From assembly GCA_964016885.1 (NCBI GenBank), contig OZ024749.1, positions 27,838,001-27,902,000 on the forward strand: DNA of 64,000 bases, given 5' to 3'. A program made the position numbers and the translations under genes. Below the pieces are notes generated by a model. That model saw nothing but the letters and a program-made list of their open reading frames with translations. It searched no databases and was not told the origin of the DNA. The stretch comes from Eledone cirrhosa. Lineage: Eukaryota. Shown one piece after another: positions 12,599 to 27,940 of the stretch; the first letter of the stretch is position 1, and every line of letters starts with the position of its first letter.

Positions 12599-13140
12599 GG
12601 TGGCTGCCAACTCGTTATCAAGTACGGCCACTACTTTATATCCATGTAGGAGAACTCCTACCGATGCGCTGAACGAGTGTGAGTTTTTAGTCCAGCCAGC
12701 GACTTGAAAACTCTGGTACAAACACTACACTTGTGACAATTACTGACACATAGTGCTGGGCCCATGGTACCATGTGATGACAAGTGCTGAGAGATCTCCA
12801 GATATAAAGCAATGCCTGTGCCGTGAAGCTTTTATAGTGAGCAAATGCACTGCACAAAGCCAGTCCCACTCTCTTAACCAAGATGATATTTACCAAAAAG
12901 AAGAACAAGTCAACATCATTGGATACCATCAGGGTTGCAGGTGTTATATCAGAGTTTTCCTTCTCCTAGAATTCTGCCTTGACAAAGGCTAAGGGGTCAT
13001 CTCTCCCAGTGATTTTGCCCTTTGACAGGTTTTGTTTTTAGTCCTGCAGGATGTCCAAAGTCACCCTCTTCACCAAGAAACCTTGGTGGGGTTGCCAGTT
13101 TAGTCGCCAACGACCTGACCATGATACATACGACCCGACC
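12598..13140. mobile_element. Unclassified insert between (TA)n/(CATA)n tracts, probably retroelement-derived
   Basis: Complex, more GC-rich block bounded by microsatellites; no recognisable protein. Confidence 0.35.
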
Positions 13141-13160
13141 ATATATACATACAAACATAC

Positions 13161-13211
<51 letters not shown>

Positions 13212-13416
13212 CAAACATACATATATATAAATATATATATATACATACATACATACAAACATACATATATATAAATATATATATATACATACATACATAC
13301 AAACATACATATATATATAAATATATTTACATACAAACATACATACAAACATACATATATATATAAATATATTTACATACAAACATACATATATATATAA
13401 ATATATTTACATACAA

Positions 13417-13466
<50 letters not shown>

Positions 13467-14022
13467 TAGAAAAAAAGAGAATCAGTGTTACGACGAATGG
13501 AATTTATTGGACATATATATATATATCCACACATACACACACACATTTATGTATACACATCCACATATATACACACACATACATACATAAATATACACAC
13601 ACTACATATACATACATATGTACACAAACGTATACACACGCATATGCATGTATATGTATGTACACATACATATTTAATATACATACACACATATATATAT
13701 ATATACACTCATGCACATATGTGTACACACACAATATATATATAATATACATACACGCACACACATATATATATATGCACATATATGTATGCACACACAT
13801 ACACACTTACTCATACATACACAATTAATTGGTAAACTGATCGTCTCCAGAGTAAAACTAAACCAAAGTTGCAGCAAAGAATCAGAAGACAGAAGTCTTG
13901 AAAGATAAAAAAGATTTCTTTAAATTGGTCTGAAGTGCCAAAACAGGACATTGCCTCCAGAATTAGAAACCCAAGTTGTTGACACTTTACTTTAGTTTAA
14001 CTTTAGAAAATTGAAAACTAAA

Positions 14023-15082
14023 AATAATTGTTTCTACTTTTGGCACAAGGCCAGCAATTATCCTAGTGCATTACTGGTACTTTATTTTATCAACCCTGTA
14101 AAGATGAAAGGCAAAGTTAACATCGGTGGGATTTGAACTCAGACCGTGAAGGGCCATAACTCTAAGCTGCAAAGCATGACGTCCGACCCTCTACTGATAT
14201 TGGCAAAAAATAATATCCAGTAAGATTAGTATTTAAAAAAAAAATACTAATTACTTTTCTGTTCATTCTCCTCTTCTTATTTACAGTCATTGTTCTTGTT
14301 GTAGTTATTATTAGGGTGGTGGATTGTTAGCAATCGGTAGAGCATCAGGCATGTTTTGTAACACAGAGTTATGGCCATTTACGTTCTAAGTTCTAATCTT
14401 GCAGAGGTTAGCTTTGCCTTTCATCCTTACGGGGTTGATAAAATAAAGTACCACTTATGCACTGGGTTCAATTTAATCGACTTTCACCTCCCATAACAAT
14501 TGTTGGCAGAGTCGGACACCATGCTTTGCAGCATTGAGTCACGGCCCTTTATGCTCTGAGTTCAAATCCCGCCGGGGTTAGCTTTACCTTTCATCCTTAC
14601 GGGGGTTGATAAAATAAAGTACAGTAATGCACTGGGATAATTGCTGGCCTTGTGCCAAAAGTAGAAACAATTATTATTATTATTATTAAAAAATAATAAT
14701 TGTTTCTACTTTAGGCACAAGGCCGGCAATTACCCAGTGTATTACTGGTACTTTATTTCATCGACCCCGTAAGGATGAAAGGCAAAGTTAACCTCAAATC
14801 CCGCCGAGGTTAACTTTGCCTTTCATCCTTACGGGGTCGATAAAATAAAGTACCAGTAATGCACTGGGTAATTGCTGGCCTTGTGCCGAAAGTAGAAACA
14901 ATTATTATTATTATTAAGGGCAAAGGATTGGCAGTGAGTTAATTCCCACCAATGTTAGCTTTACCTATCATCCTCACAGGATTGATAAAATAAAGTACCA
15001 ATAATGCATTGGTGTTGATTTAATCAACTTTCTTTGCCCCCAAAATTGCTGGCCTTGTGCCTAAAGTAGAAACAATTATTAT
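14023..15082. mobile_element. Cluster of six family A SINE copies or fragments in both orientations
   Basis: gagttcaaatcc B box; gcctttcatccttacggggtcgataaaataaagtacc (Nin/Deu-like domain); (ATT)n tails. Confidence 0.9.
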
Positions 15083-16030
15083 TATAAAAAAAAATAAAAA
15101 CAAAAAAAAAATTATTATTGTTGTTATTGTTGTACAAATCCCACAATAGTTGTCAGTTTGATGTCTCAAGTTATATTGCAGTATACAACCCATTGTTTTA
15201 TGTATGGAATGAGAAATATGAGATTTCTTCACCTTGACAAGACTTGATAATGAGTTGAAACAGAGAGGACTGTTTGTTGGGAGTATACCTTTTATATATA
15301 TATATAGTGTTGTTATTTCTGTTTACCTTTTACATACATACATATATATATATATATACACACACATGCATACAAACATATCCATACATACACACACATA
15401 TATATACATACACACACATATATATATACACACACACACACATGCATACAAACATATCCATACATACACACACACATATATATATACATACACATGTATA
15501 TATATTCTCATTTACTTCTTCCCAGGCGGGAAACTAATAAGACTGTGTTTTTGTATCTCTGTGTGTCTTTATTCTTGAACTATATAGACAATGATGATGA
15601 TGATATATAGGTAACTATATATATATATATATATACATACATATATATATAACTGAAGAGAGAGTGCTAGTGAATAATATATTTAAGCTCAATGTGTTTA
15701 TGTCATTATAGCTAGAAATACAGAAGAGGTGTCATTTAAGAATAAAAGACATATATAGGTGACATATATAACGCAGAGCATACGCAACAAATCCAGATGA
15801 TAGAAAAGACATCTTAAATTATAAATATATATATATATATATATATACATACACACACACATTGATGTAGATTGACTCTCTGATGACTGGAAACAGCTAG
15901 ACTCTGTCCTGAGACATCCCTGCCCACAGCTGTCTTTGACAACATTTGGCTGTATTAACAGCTGTTCTAGCATTAAGTTTCCACATTTTTATATGAATTT
16001 TAATATACTCTTTATTCATACCCTTTTATT

Positions 16031-16071
<41 letters not shown>

Positions 16072-16340
16072 CTAACCCATGCTAGCGTCGAAAATGGACG
16101 TTAAACGAAGTCAACAGGTTTTAATTCACTTTGTTTATTCATAATTGTTATTATATATACTTCGGTGATAACCGTTATGCAACAGCTATAACCTCACCAG
16201 ACAGCTAGAAGTTGAACAGAAAAAAACATGAAGACGAAATAAAGCTTACTTCTGTTGTTTCGATTCATTGATATGCCCCAGGCTGATATTTGGTGTTGGT
16301 CTCTCAAAGGACCGGAAACATATATATATATATATATTAA

Positions 16341-16845
16341 ATAATTGTTTCTACTTTTGACACAAGGCCAGCAATTACCCAGTACATTACTGGTACTTTA
16401 TTTTATCGACCCCGTAAGGATGAAAGGCAAAGTTAACCTTGGCGGGATTTGAACTCAGATCATAAAGGGACGTAACTCTATGCTTCAAAGCATGGCATCG
16501 ACTCTCTACCAATACTGCCAATCCACCGCCAATATATATTAAATAATTGTTTCTACTTTAGGCACAAGGCCAGCAATTTTGGAGGAAGGGAAAATCGATT
16601 AAATCGACCCCAGTGCATTACTGGTGCTTTATTTTATCTGTAAAAATGAAAGGCAAAGCTAACCTTGGCAGAATTTGAATTCAGATTGTAAAGGGCTGTA
16701 ACTTTTTGCTGCAAAGCATATTGTCCAACACTCTACTGATACTACCAAACCTAATAATTGTTTCTCCATTTGGCACAAGACCAGCAATTACCCAGTGCAT
16801 TACTGGTACTTTATTTTATCAGTAATACACTGGGTAATTGCCAAT
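16341..16845 (-). mobile_element. Three tandem family A SINEs; 16341-16530 is full length
   Basis: Minus strand ggcggtggattggcagtattggtagag head, B box, Nin-like domain, tail. Confidence 0.9.
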
Positions 16846-17260
16846 CCTAATAATAATAAGTTTAAATCAAAGTTGTAGCCGCAGTATAGCAGATAACAAT
16901 CGAATTGTTTGAGGCAGTCACAAAGCACTCAATGGTGTGAAAAGTTAATACATTTTCGTCCCTAATGTATAGAGAGAAGGGAGTGGGGTGGGGGCTCTTT
17001 AGAGGTGCCAAAGACATGACAACTTCCCTAATGCTGGTACTACAATAAAATGTACCCAGGAGAGTCTGTAGAGTAAGGGAAGATATATCAAGATGCACTA
17101 CTCAGCCCACCTGAAAATCAACAGCACCAACTAAAAACTGGACTTGGTCTATGGTGACCTGTCCAACTCTTGGTAGCAGGGAAAGTAGATATTAAATGAT
17201 GTGTGTGTGTATAGATATATACATGGTTTCTGAATGGATGTGTTTCCATACATACACACA

Positions 17261-17361
17261 CAGGGTGTCCAAAAAATGTATACACACTTCAACAGCATTT
17301 TAATAAATATTGCCTGTAGAGATTATCAAAGTGTGTGTGTACACTTTTTGGGGACATTCTG
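17261..17361. mobile_element. Tc1/mariner-type MITE
   Basis: TIRs cagggtgtccaaaaaatgtatacac / gtgtacactttttggggacattctg, followed by TA. Confidence 0.7.
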
Positions 17362-17453
17362 TATATATATATATATAGAGAGAGAGAAAGGAAGAGAGAC
17401 AAACACCATTGGCATTAATGTTAAAACATGTTTGAACATCCTACTGCAATTCC

Positions 17454-17509
<56 letters not shown>

Positions 17510-18187
17510 TCTTACATTTGTGTTTCATGGATTCGAAACGAAACTAAAACAAAAAAAGTTCATTTAAAATGTTAGTGACAGTTTACAGTGCCTGTGTGTG
17601 ACAGACGGACAAAAAACGCTGTACAATTGTTATAATATAGATTACACCCACCACACCCTTTCTCCCACCTATATTTATTTTATTTTCGTGATTTACACAT
17701 TTCGCCATAGATGTCACTTTGAAATCTTAAGTTTCTATTTTTACATTACTCTTCTTTTTCTTTCTTTTTATTTTACCAATTTTCAATTTGTTTTATTTGT
17801 TTTTCTGGTTTTTTTTTTTTGTCAAAACATTTTAAATATCCTTTTTATATTTTTCTGCTATTGATTTTATACAGAAATATTCTAGTATTGAACACATGTT
17901 GCACTGAAAGGCTTTTTCTTTTCCAAGCTATCACTGGAAATAATGTCATGGAGCCGTTTAAATAGGTTTCAACAGATAGCTAGGAATTTATGTGTGTAAG
18001 GCATGTGTAGTGTGTGTATGTGTGTATATTTTCATATCGATGTTCATAAAGTCCTGTACCGCACCAAACCTAATTAGCAAGACATTCTTGAAACATAGGG
18101 AAAAATAACACTACGACTGCATCACATTAAAAACTTTACTCTTTACTCTAACACTGCCAATTTTCACAACAATCTGTGCACTATTAA

Positions 18188-18425
18188 CCCTTTGGTATTT
18201 ACATTACTCTATATTTACTATTGTATTTTCACATAAAAGGATTTATCTCACATAATATCGAATCTATGAGATTTTGATATTATTTATTTTGAGAATAATG
18301 CCTTAATGTCGATATGAGTGGCTGGTTACAGCTGGTTTGAACAGAAAGAGGAGAAAGAATTCTGGTCGGATACAGCCAGTTTGAACAGAAAGAGGGGGAA
18401 GAAGTCTGGTTTAAATGCTAAAGGG
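18188..18425. mobile_element. piggyBac-like MITE nested in another TTAA MITE
   Basis: TTAA-CCCTTTGGTATTTA ... TAAATGCTAAAGGG-TTAA; homologs at 36531-37087 and 40216-40403. Confidence 0.8.
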
Positions 18426-18574
18426 TTAAATATACTATAATACTATAAATCTTTGAATTAACAAGCCTGTTTTTTTTATATTTTCTGCTATAACAGGATA
18501 TTGAGAGTTAAAAAAAGCATTTATGTTTATTTCTGAACCACATGAACAAAAGGGAGTATCTATATACAAACGCC

Positions 18575-18874
18575 TTACATTATGAACATATTGGTTCACA
18601 CAATTTTTCCGAACATAAAATGTCTTGAGTAACGAACACGCAAGCTGGCAACAACAGTTGACAACAAGCTTGGAATATTAACAAGAAAGTGTCACTTGCT
18701 GTGTAGTTAGTTACTATGGTGATATCCATCTGACTTTCACACACAGTCTCTCTCTTTCACTGTATTTCTCTTGCATCAACATTTCGTATGGGAAAAATAG
18801 TATTAGTTTACGAACACTTCAGGTGATGAATGGCCTTCAAGAACAAATTAAGATAGTGAACCAAGGGTCCACTG
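18575..18874. mobile_element. Tigger/pogo-like MITE remnant
   Basis: Right end gaacaaattaagatagtgaaccaagggtccactg resembles a Tigger TIR; left end decayed. Confidence 0.5.
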
Positions 18875-20759
18875 TCCTCTGACTTGATCTCTCACAATGG
18901 GACAGCCCATCCTACCCATGCTAGCCTGGAAAATGGACATTAAATGATGATGATGATATATATATATATATATATTTATAGGAGGTGACTAATAGGACTG
19001 GCATGAGGAAGGGCATCTGACTGTAAAACATTGTCTCAAGGAATCGTGTCCAACCCATGCTAACATGGAAAATAGTGAGGATAAAAATGATGATGATGAT
19101 AAACCAAACATTTCATATTAGAACAGAATGATGGTTGAGGAAAGGTAGGAAGGGGGGACAGGCAGGAACAGAGGTAGAGGTAGAGAGAAAGAGAGAGAGA
19201 GAGTGAGAGTGAGAGAGAGAGAAAGAGAGAGAGAGACAGTGAATGGCTCATTAAAGCAACTTAGAATTATTGTAGTTGGTTTGAAGACCAACAATAACAG
19301 GAAGTAAAGACATAATACAAATGTAAACCAACTAGAAACAGAAGTGTGTGTGTGTGTGTGTATACATCGACACTATATCAATGAGTGAGAGAGAGAGATG
19401 TAAAACTAGCTTCTAATTTATAACATCAGTTTAGTATAAATTGTTTACACAGCTTGTTAAATGATCCTGCTATGCCATTACCATGCCATCCAGTAGAATA
19501 GGGTGGGGTGGTGGAGAGAGAGAGGTAGATAGATAGACAGATGGCTGGATGGATAGACATAAATAGCAAGAGATACAGATAAATATATATATATATAGAG
19601 AGAGAGAGCACAAGAAAGAGGAAAGAGAGAGAGAGCACAAGAAAGAGGAAAGAGAGAGAGAGCACAAGAAAGAGGAAAGAGAGAGAGAGAGAGAGAGAGA
19701 GCACAAGAAAGAGGAAAGAGGAGAGAGAGAGAGCACAAGAAAGAGGAGAGAGAGAGAGAGCGAGAGAGTGTGTGCAAGCAGGACACAAGAACACAATCAG
19801 AAATGATTAGAAAATTTATCTGAACAGCACGCAATCCTGCTGCGGGGTCCACATCTTACAAGGGAAGGGGAGGAGGGAATATATTTTGATTAAAAATAAT
19901 AACAATAATAATAATCAATGTATTTCATTCAAAACATATCAAAACAAACAGTCTTTTTTTCCAGAGAACATATGTAAGATTTGGAAAGGAAAAAAAAAAA
20001 TGGAAGAAAAATCTTGACTGGACAGGACTGTTGCTGCTTTGCTTGTTTGTTAAAGATTTTGATTAGTTGTAACCAGTTAACACTTTAGATTTCAGCCTGT
20101 CTGAAGACAGCCCAGCTTTTATAATACAAAACCATTCATTTTAAAAGAGTTCATGTTTAAATTAAAATCTTCTAAAGAACCATACATTAAAGTTTCTCTC
20201 TTACTCATAGTATAATAAAATAATCAATGATTTTAGTAAATCTTTCAAAATTATTCATTAACCTTTTTATTGCCATATTTATAATGGAATACATTGAATT
20301 AATTAATTAATGAAAAATTTGTTGGGATTTTACTAAAATAATTAATTATCTCATTGCGGGTAATATAATTTAACAAAAGGTTCTTATGTCAAATTTTGTT
20401 TCAAAATTTTTATTTAAATAAAGAACCCTTTAAAATGGGTGCCTTTAATTCATAGAACCAGAACCAGTTTTTGGATTGGTTGGTATCAAAGGTTTTAACT
20501 CTTAACACCTGGTATTACATCAAAACACATTAGCAAGACATTCTTGAAAAATACAAAACAACACTATGACTGAATCACATTAAATATTAATGTATTTACT
20601 ATAATACTGCAAATTTTCACAATGATCTGTCCACTAGTAAAAATATAAACATTTGAATTGACAAACTAGTTATTTCAGATATGTTCTGCTAAACATTGAA
20701 GCATATTAAGTGTTTCTTGAAATAGAATGTATTGCATTAGAGTTAAGTGGAGTGAAGGA

Positions 20760-21025
20760 CAGTAGGTGTAGTTTGGTATTCAGTATAGTATGTATAGTAC
20801 AGTATAGTATGGTATAGTACAGTATAGTATGGTATAGTACAGTATAGTATAGTATGGTATAGTACAGTACAGTATGGCACAGTATAGTATGGTATGGTAC
20901 AAAATAGTACAGAACAGTACAGTACACTATAGTGCAGTACAGTATAGTATGGTACAATACAGTACAGAACAACAGTGTAGTACAGTATAGTGCCGTACAG
21001 TAAAATACAGTACAGAACAGTGTAG
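20760..21025. repeat. (AGTAT/AGTAC)n pentanucleotide repeat
   Basis: Direct inspection. Confidence 0.9.
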
Positions 21026-22044
21026 TTAGGGACCATGTAAATAATAATGGTGGTAGACATTTCTAAATAGCAACCTCTTCAGTAACAGTAGCATCACATC
21101 TCATCATATCAACCAAGTTTGAGTAGCTTATTAATGGAAGAAAGTCCTGCTGTCTCCATATTCTATCTATCTGACTTTCTATATAAAGAAGCATACCTAT
21201 TAAAATAAAGAAATATATCTATCTGTCTTTCTATCTATCTATCTGTGTATCAATCAATCTATCTATCCATCCATCCATTCTCCCTATCTCTCTCTCTATA
21301 TCTATCTATCTATCTCTCTCTATCTGTGCATACAGTGAACAGCCAGTCAAAGGACAGGAGTGTTCTTAATAAGCACCCGATCAGACGGAGAAGGAGAGAG
21401 AGAGAAGAAGGAGAAGGAGAAGTAGAGAGAGGAAGGAGAAGGAGAAGTAGAGAGAGGAAGGAGAAGTAGAGAGAGGAAGAGGAGAGAGAGGAGGGAGGAA
21501 GAGAAGGAGAGAGAGGAGGGAGGAAGAGAAGGAGAGAGAGGAGGGAGGAAGAGAAGGAGAGAGAGGAGGGAGAAACAGAAGGAGGTGAAGGATGAGACGA
21601 AGGCAAAGGAGAGGAGGGAAGCAAAAGAGAGAAGGAAAAGGGAGAGGAAGAGAAGAGAGAGAGAGAGAAAGGAAGAAACAGGACAGGAAGATTGAGAAGG
21701 AGAGGAAGCTTAGGAAGAGGAAGATTGAGAAGATGGAGAAGGAGAGGAAGCTTAGGAAGAGAAAGAATGAGAGGATGGGGAGAGAGGAAGGTGGAGAAGG
21801 TGAAGATGTAGAAGAAGGCTGACTATGAGATATCCATCCATACATGTATATATAGAGAGAGATATTGGCTCCATAGAAGATATCTAATTACTGTATAATA
21901 ACAGAGATATCCTGTGTGGAAGTAGATGTTATTTTTTTTATAAGATATCAAGATATGAGATACAAGAGATATGACATGGCTCTCTAGTGTTATATCAACT
22001 GTCAATAACATTCTCGTCAATAAAACCTTCTTAACTACATCATA

Positions 22045-22455
22045 CAGGAGATACTCTACCGAGTGTCCCCACTAAGTGTCACTCACCACATCTTAGTGGA
22101 GATACTCTAGTGAGTGTCTTTACTGAGTGTTACTCACTACATTATATAATGGAGGAGATACTCTGCTGTGTCTTTATTGAGTGCTACTCACATTATAGAG
22201 GAGATACTCTAGTGAGTGTCTTTACTGAGTGTTACTCACTACATTATATAATGGAGGAGATACTCTGCTGTGTCTTTATTGAGTGCTACTCACATTATAG
22301 AGGAGATACTCTAGTGAGTGCCTTTATTGAGTGCCACTCACATTATAGTGGAGATACTCTACTGAGTGTCTTTATTGAGTGTTACTCAAATCTTAGTGGA
22401 GATACTACAGTGAGTGTCCTTACTGAGTGCCACTCACATTATAGTGAAGAACCCT
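22045..22455. repeat. Minisatellite, units about 49-54 bp
   Basis: ggagatactct..tgagtgtcttta.tgagtg..actcacattata repeated about 8 times. Confidence 0.9.
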
Positions 22456-22519
22456 AATGTTATGTGTTATGCTTCCTATAACACATCAAGAGACTTCAAC
22501 ATATGGAGTCTTTTAATAA

Positions 22520-22765
22520 TGCAGAGTGTTGAAAAAGGTGAAGATGTCCCAAGATGAAATGGTGGCAGACAATAGACAGGGACCTCAAACCCATCAACAA
22601 AAGTTGGAATGATGTATAGATAGATACAACTGACCATAGTCATTGGAGTACTTTGGCTGCCTCATGTGTCTCAAGACATGGGATGTATTGATAGATGCAA
22701 CTGACCGTGGTTATTAGAACACTTTGGTTGCCTCATGTGTCTCAAGATGCAGAAGCTTCTAAGTA
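22520..22765 (+). mobile_element. RTE LINE 3' end with 71-bp terminal duplication
   Basis: PKMKWWQTIDRDLKPINKSWNDV...HWSTLAASCVSRHG matches the RTE C-terminal pattern (RGRPK.TW..T..RDL). Confidence 0.75.
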
Positions 22766-22781
22766 ATATATATATATATAT

Positions 22782-23196
22782 GCATTGGGCTTGCAATCGA
22801 AAGGTTGTGAGTTCAATTCTCGGACCGGGTGATGTGTTGTTTCCTTGAGCAAGACACTATTTCACATTGCTCCAGTTTACTCAGCTGTAGAAATGAGATG
22901 ATAGGACTGGGGTCCCTATCATTCCACTGCAAAGTGGCCGTGAATGTGCCACGGCAAAAAAGCACCCAGCCCACACTGTAAAGTAGTCGTGTAGGGTGCC
23001 ATGGAAAAAAAAGCACTTAGCACTCACTGTAAATGAGGTTGGTGTTAGGAAGGGCATCCAGCTGTAGAAATCAAGCCAGAATCAGTTCCCATATGAGCAA
23101 GACAAGGTCAGCCGACTGGACAATGCCCACAACAGGATAACCCGTCTAACCTATGATAGCATGGAAGAACAGACGTAAAATGGTGATGATGATGAT
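22782..23196 (+). mobile_element. SINE family B, long variant
   Basis: B box, core, internal duplication, ggaagggcatccagc, gcatggaagaacagacgtaaaatggtgatgat tail. Confidence 0.9.
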
Positions 23197-23220
23197 ATAT
23201 ATATATATATATACACACAT

Positions 23221-23680
23221 GGAACGAGGCAAAGAGGACGTCCCAAGATGAACTGGCTGCAGACAATTAACAGATATGAAACCAGTCAACAAAAGTTGGA
23301 ACAATGTATTGATAGATGCAACTGACTGTGACCATTGAAGTATTTTGGCTGTCTCATATGTCTCAAGACATGGAATGTAGTGATAGATGCAACTGACCGT
23401 GGTCATTGGAGTATTTTGGCTGTCTCATATGTCTCAAGACGTGGGATGTATTGATAGATGCACTGTAAACGTGGTTGGTGTTAGGAAAGGCATCCAACCG
23501 TAGAAAACCTGCCAGACAGTCCTATACAGGCGAGATGACCAATCTTGCCTCAAGTGGGACAATTTCCATCTAAACCCATGCTAGCATGGAAGATAGACGT
23601 TAAACGATGATGATGATGAACTGACCGTGGTCATTGGAGCACTTTGGCTACTTCATATGTCTCAAGACGTGGTAGCTTCA
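23221..23680 (+). mobile_element. RTE LINE 3' end with 71-bp repeats, interrupted by a SINE 3' fragment (about 23462-23618)
   Basis: RQRGRPKMNWLQTI..KPVNKSWNNVLIDATD; unit recurs at 23304, 23375, 23446. Confidence 0.75.
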
Positions 23681-23925
23681 ATGTTTAAATTTAAACCTAA
23701 GTCTAAATGCTGGAAGGAGGGGGGAGCAATTGACTGCATACGACATGAGTAGGACCACAGTATTTCCTTCACTAACTTAAATGACTGAGACATAATTAAT
23801 CAGACAAATTTGGTCATGACATTTATTTGACACCTGAAAACTCTGCATAATATATGATGTTTAATTCTTTATTTATTGATTTCGTTAATTTCAGGTCATT
23901 AACTTAATTAATGCATCACACACAC

Positions 23926-23983
<58 letters not shown>

Positions 23984-24199
23984 TACACACAAATATATTG
24001 CTATTATTATTTTTGGGTGTGCAGACGTTGATAATTTTCCAACAAAAATTTTTATGCATGCCAATCATTATTATGACATTTTTATTAATTATTGTAATGT
24101 ACATATTTTATTATGTTTTGTGTAATTAAAATAAACGAACTAAGTATACAATATTTTTTGAAAATTTAAGAATTTTCGGCCAAAAAACAAATTTTCCGA

Positions 24200-24252
24200 C
24201 AAATTTTCAGGTGGTGTAGCTGCACTCCCATGCACCCTGACCAATACGCCAC

Positions 24253-24254
<2 letters not shown>
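24200..24254 (-). mobile_element. Possible hAT-like terminus
   Basis: Minus strand begins CAGTGGCGTA..; partner end not found. Confidence 0.35.
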
Positions 24255-24313
<59 letters not shown>

Positions 24314-24316
24314 TTC

Positions 24317-24371
24317 GGATCTAGCTGTCGAAATGGCTGGAGCTCAGCTGTTGGGGTCCTGACTCTTTCCT
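24317..24371 (+). mobile_element. Decayed family C fragment
   Basis: tagctgtcgaaatggctggagctcagctgttggggtcc, after (TA)n. Confidence 0.7.
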
Positions 24372-24373
24372 TT

Positions 24374-24545
24374 ATCATCATTGTTTAACGTCTATCTTCC
24401 ACGCTAGCATGGGTTTAAACGGGAATTGTCCCACATTGAGGCAAGATTGGTCAGGTGACCATGTCTCGCTCGTATAGGACTGTCTGGCAGGTTTTCTACG
24501 GCTGGATGCCGTTCCTAACACCAACCACATTTACAGTGTGAACTG
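24374..24545 (-). mobile_element. SINE 3' fragment (same subfamily as 23462-23618)
   Basis: Reverse complement of gttggtgttaggaa.ggcatcca.ccgtagaaaacctgccagacagtcc. Confidence 0.8.
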
Positions 24546-24668
24546 GGAGGTTTTTACCATGTTACCTACAGCTATTACCTACATGGCATATATATATATA
24601 TATATACATATATAAATTAATAAAATAATGAATAAACAAAGAACCAGTTCCTTATATTAAAAAAATTC

Positions 24669-24806
24669 ATCATTTTACGATCGTTTCTAGGATATATATG
24701 TGTTAGAGTTGGTATGCATATTCTATAGATCTATGTACAATATTTATACAAACTATCAGAGGGAATATACATACCTACACATATATATGCTGTCTTCAGA
24801 AATAAT
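24669..24806 (-). ncRNA. Type I hammerhead ribozyme with very long stem II (family D)
   Basis: Minus strand: ATTATTT-CTGAAGA-[cagc atatatatgtgt a ggtatgtatattc ... gaatatgcatacc aactcta acacatatatat ccta]-GAAA-CGATCG-TA-AAATGAT; 7-bp stem I; palindromic ACGATCGT stem III; GUA triplet. Confidence 0.75.
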
Positions 24807-25352
24807 ATATATATATACGTATATATATACTTTTGATGATAAAATTGGGACCCTCCAAGAATGCACGTAAGATGCAACCTGATAGGTGACCAGCTAAACA
24901 ATTGAACAATGGTCATTAAAGAGTTAATGAGAGGGGAGGAGGTACATAGTGAGAGAGAAAGGGAGGGAGGAGAGAGAATGGATATAGTTTGAAAGAAAGG
25001 GGGAGAATGTGCATAGTGAGAGAGAGAGAGGAGGAAGATAGAGAAGGAATATAATGAGAGCAGGAGAAGATATATAGTGAGAGAGGAGAGAAGGTTCATA
25101 GTGAGAGAGGAGAGAAGGTTCATAGTGAGAGAGGAGAGAAGGTTCATAGTGAGAGAGAGGGGGAGGAGAAAGAACATATTGAGAAACGGGGGGGGGGGGA
25201 GAGTGAGAGAGAGAGATAGATACAGAGAGGGGGTGAGTAGATCAATGGCTGTAGAATGTCATGGAAAGATTGCAAAACAAGCTGATGACCTTTTATCAGA
25301 ACTAGTGTAGTGGTGGTGGTGGAGGGAGAAAGGAAGGGGGGGGGGGGAGAAA

Positions 25353-27173
<1,821 letters not shown>

Positions 27174-27940
27174 GGAGAGGAAGAGAGAGATGAGGTGCAG
27201 AATCCAAAGACAGCACAAAATCCAATACAAGATCGCTGGGGATTGGGGGGCTTACAGCAAAGTTGCAGTGACATTTAATAGAGGAAAACAAGGTTTGCTT
27301 TTGCAGATTTTCAGTGCACAAAGTATATTGGCAACCATCTTCAAAGAACTTATCTACAATTGTGACTACGGCTATTTACCGATTCAAAATTCTTCAGAAA
27401 CAAAATGTCCCCTTGATCAAAAAGGGGGTATATGGAGAAATACGTTAGATCTATGAAGGAGCTTCACTTATTTTGAGGTCAAATGGATATTCATGCACCT
27501 AAAAAATGCATATTGTGCATATGTGCAATGTGCATACACACAATCCACATATATGTAATGTGCATGTATGCAGCGTACACAGATACAGCATGCACTCACG
27601 CTCCATCCACAATCTGCATATATGCAGCATATACACATGTACAATCTGCATATATGCAGTATATATACACATGCATAATGTGCATATATGCAGCACATAC
27701 ACAGACAATCCATATATATGCAAAGTGCACACATGCACAATTTCTAGAGTATTTTGTGACAGCCATGTCATAAGTATTTTGTATTATGCTACAAGTATTT
27801 TAAGTCAGATATATCAGTAGTTGTTTAAGACATGTTATAAATAGTTTACGACAAGTAATAAATATCTTAAGTAAGAGATATATCAGTAGTTTAAGACATG
27901 CTATAAGTATTTTAAGTAAGATATATCAGTAATAGTTTAA

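Noticed and set aside
15650-15730. CTGAAGA after (TA)n with a downstream GAAA
   Set aside because: The stem II base does not pair, and there is no UH triplet or stem I
15873-15910. CTGATGA-ctg-GAAAC hammerhead-like motif
   Set aside because: No room for stem II and no stem I
21052-21086. Minus-strand CTGAAGA...GAAATGTC motif
   Set aside because: Stems I and II are weak and mismatched; single copy; chance or heavy decay
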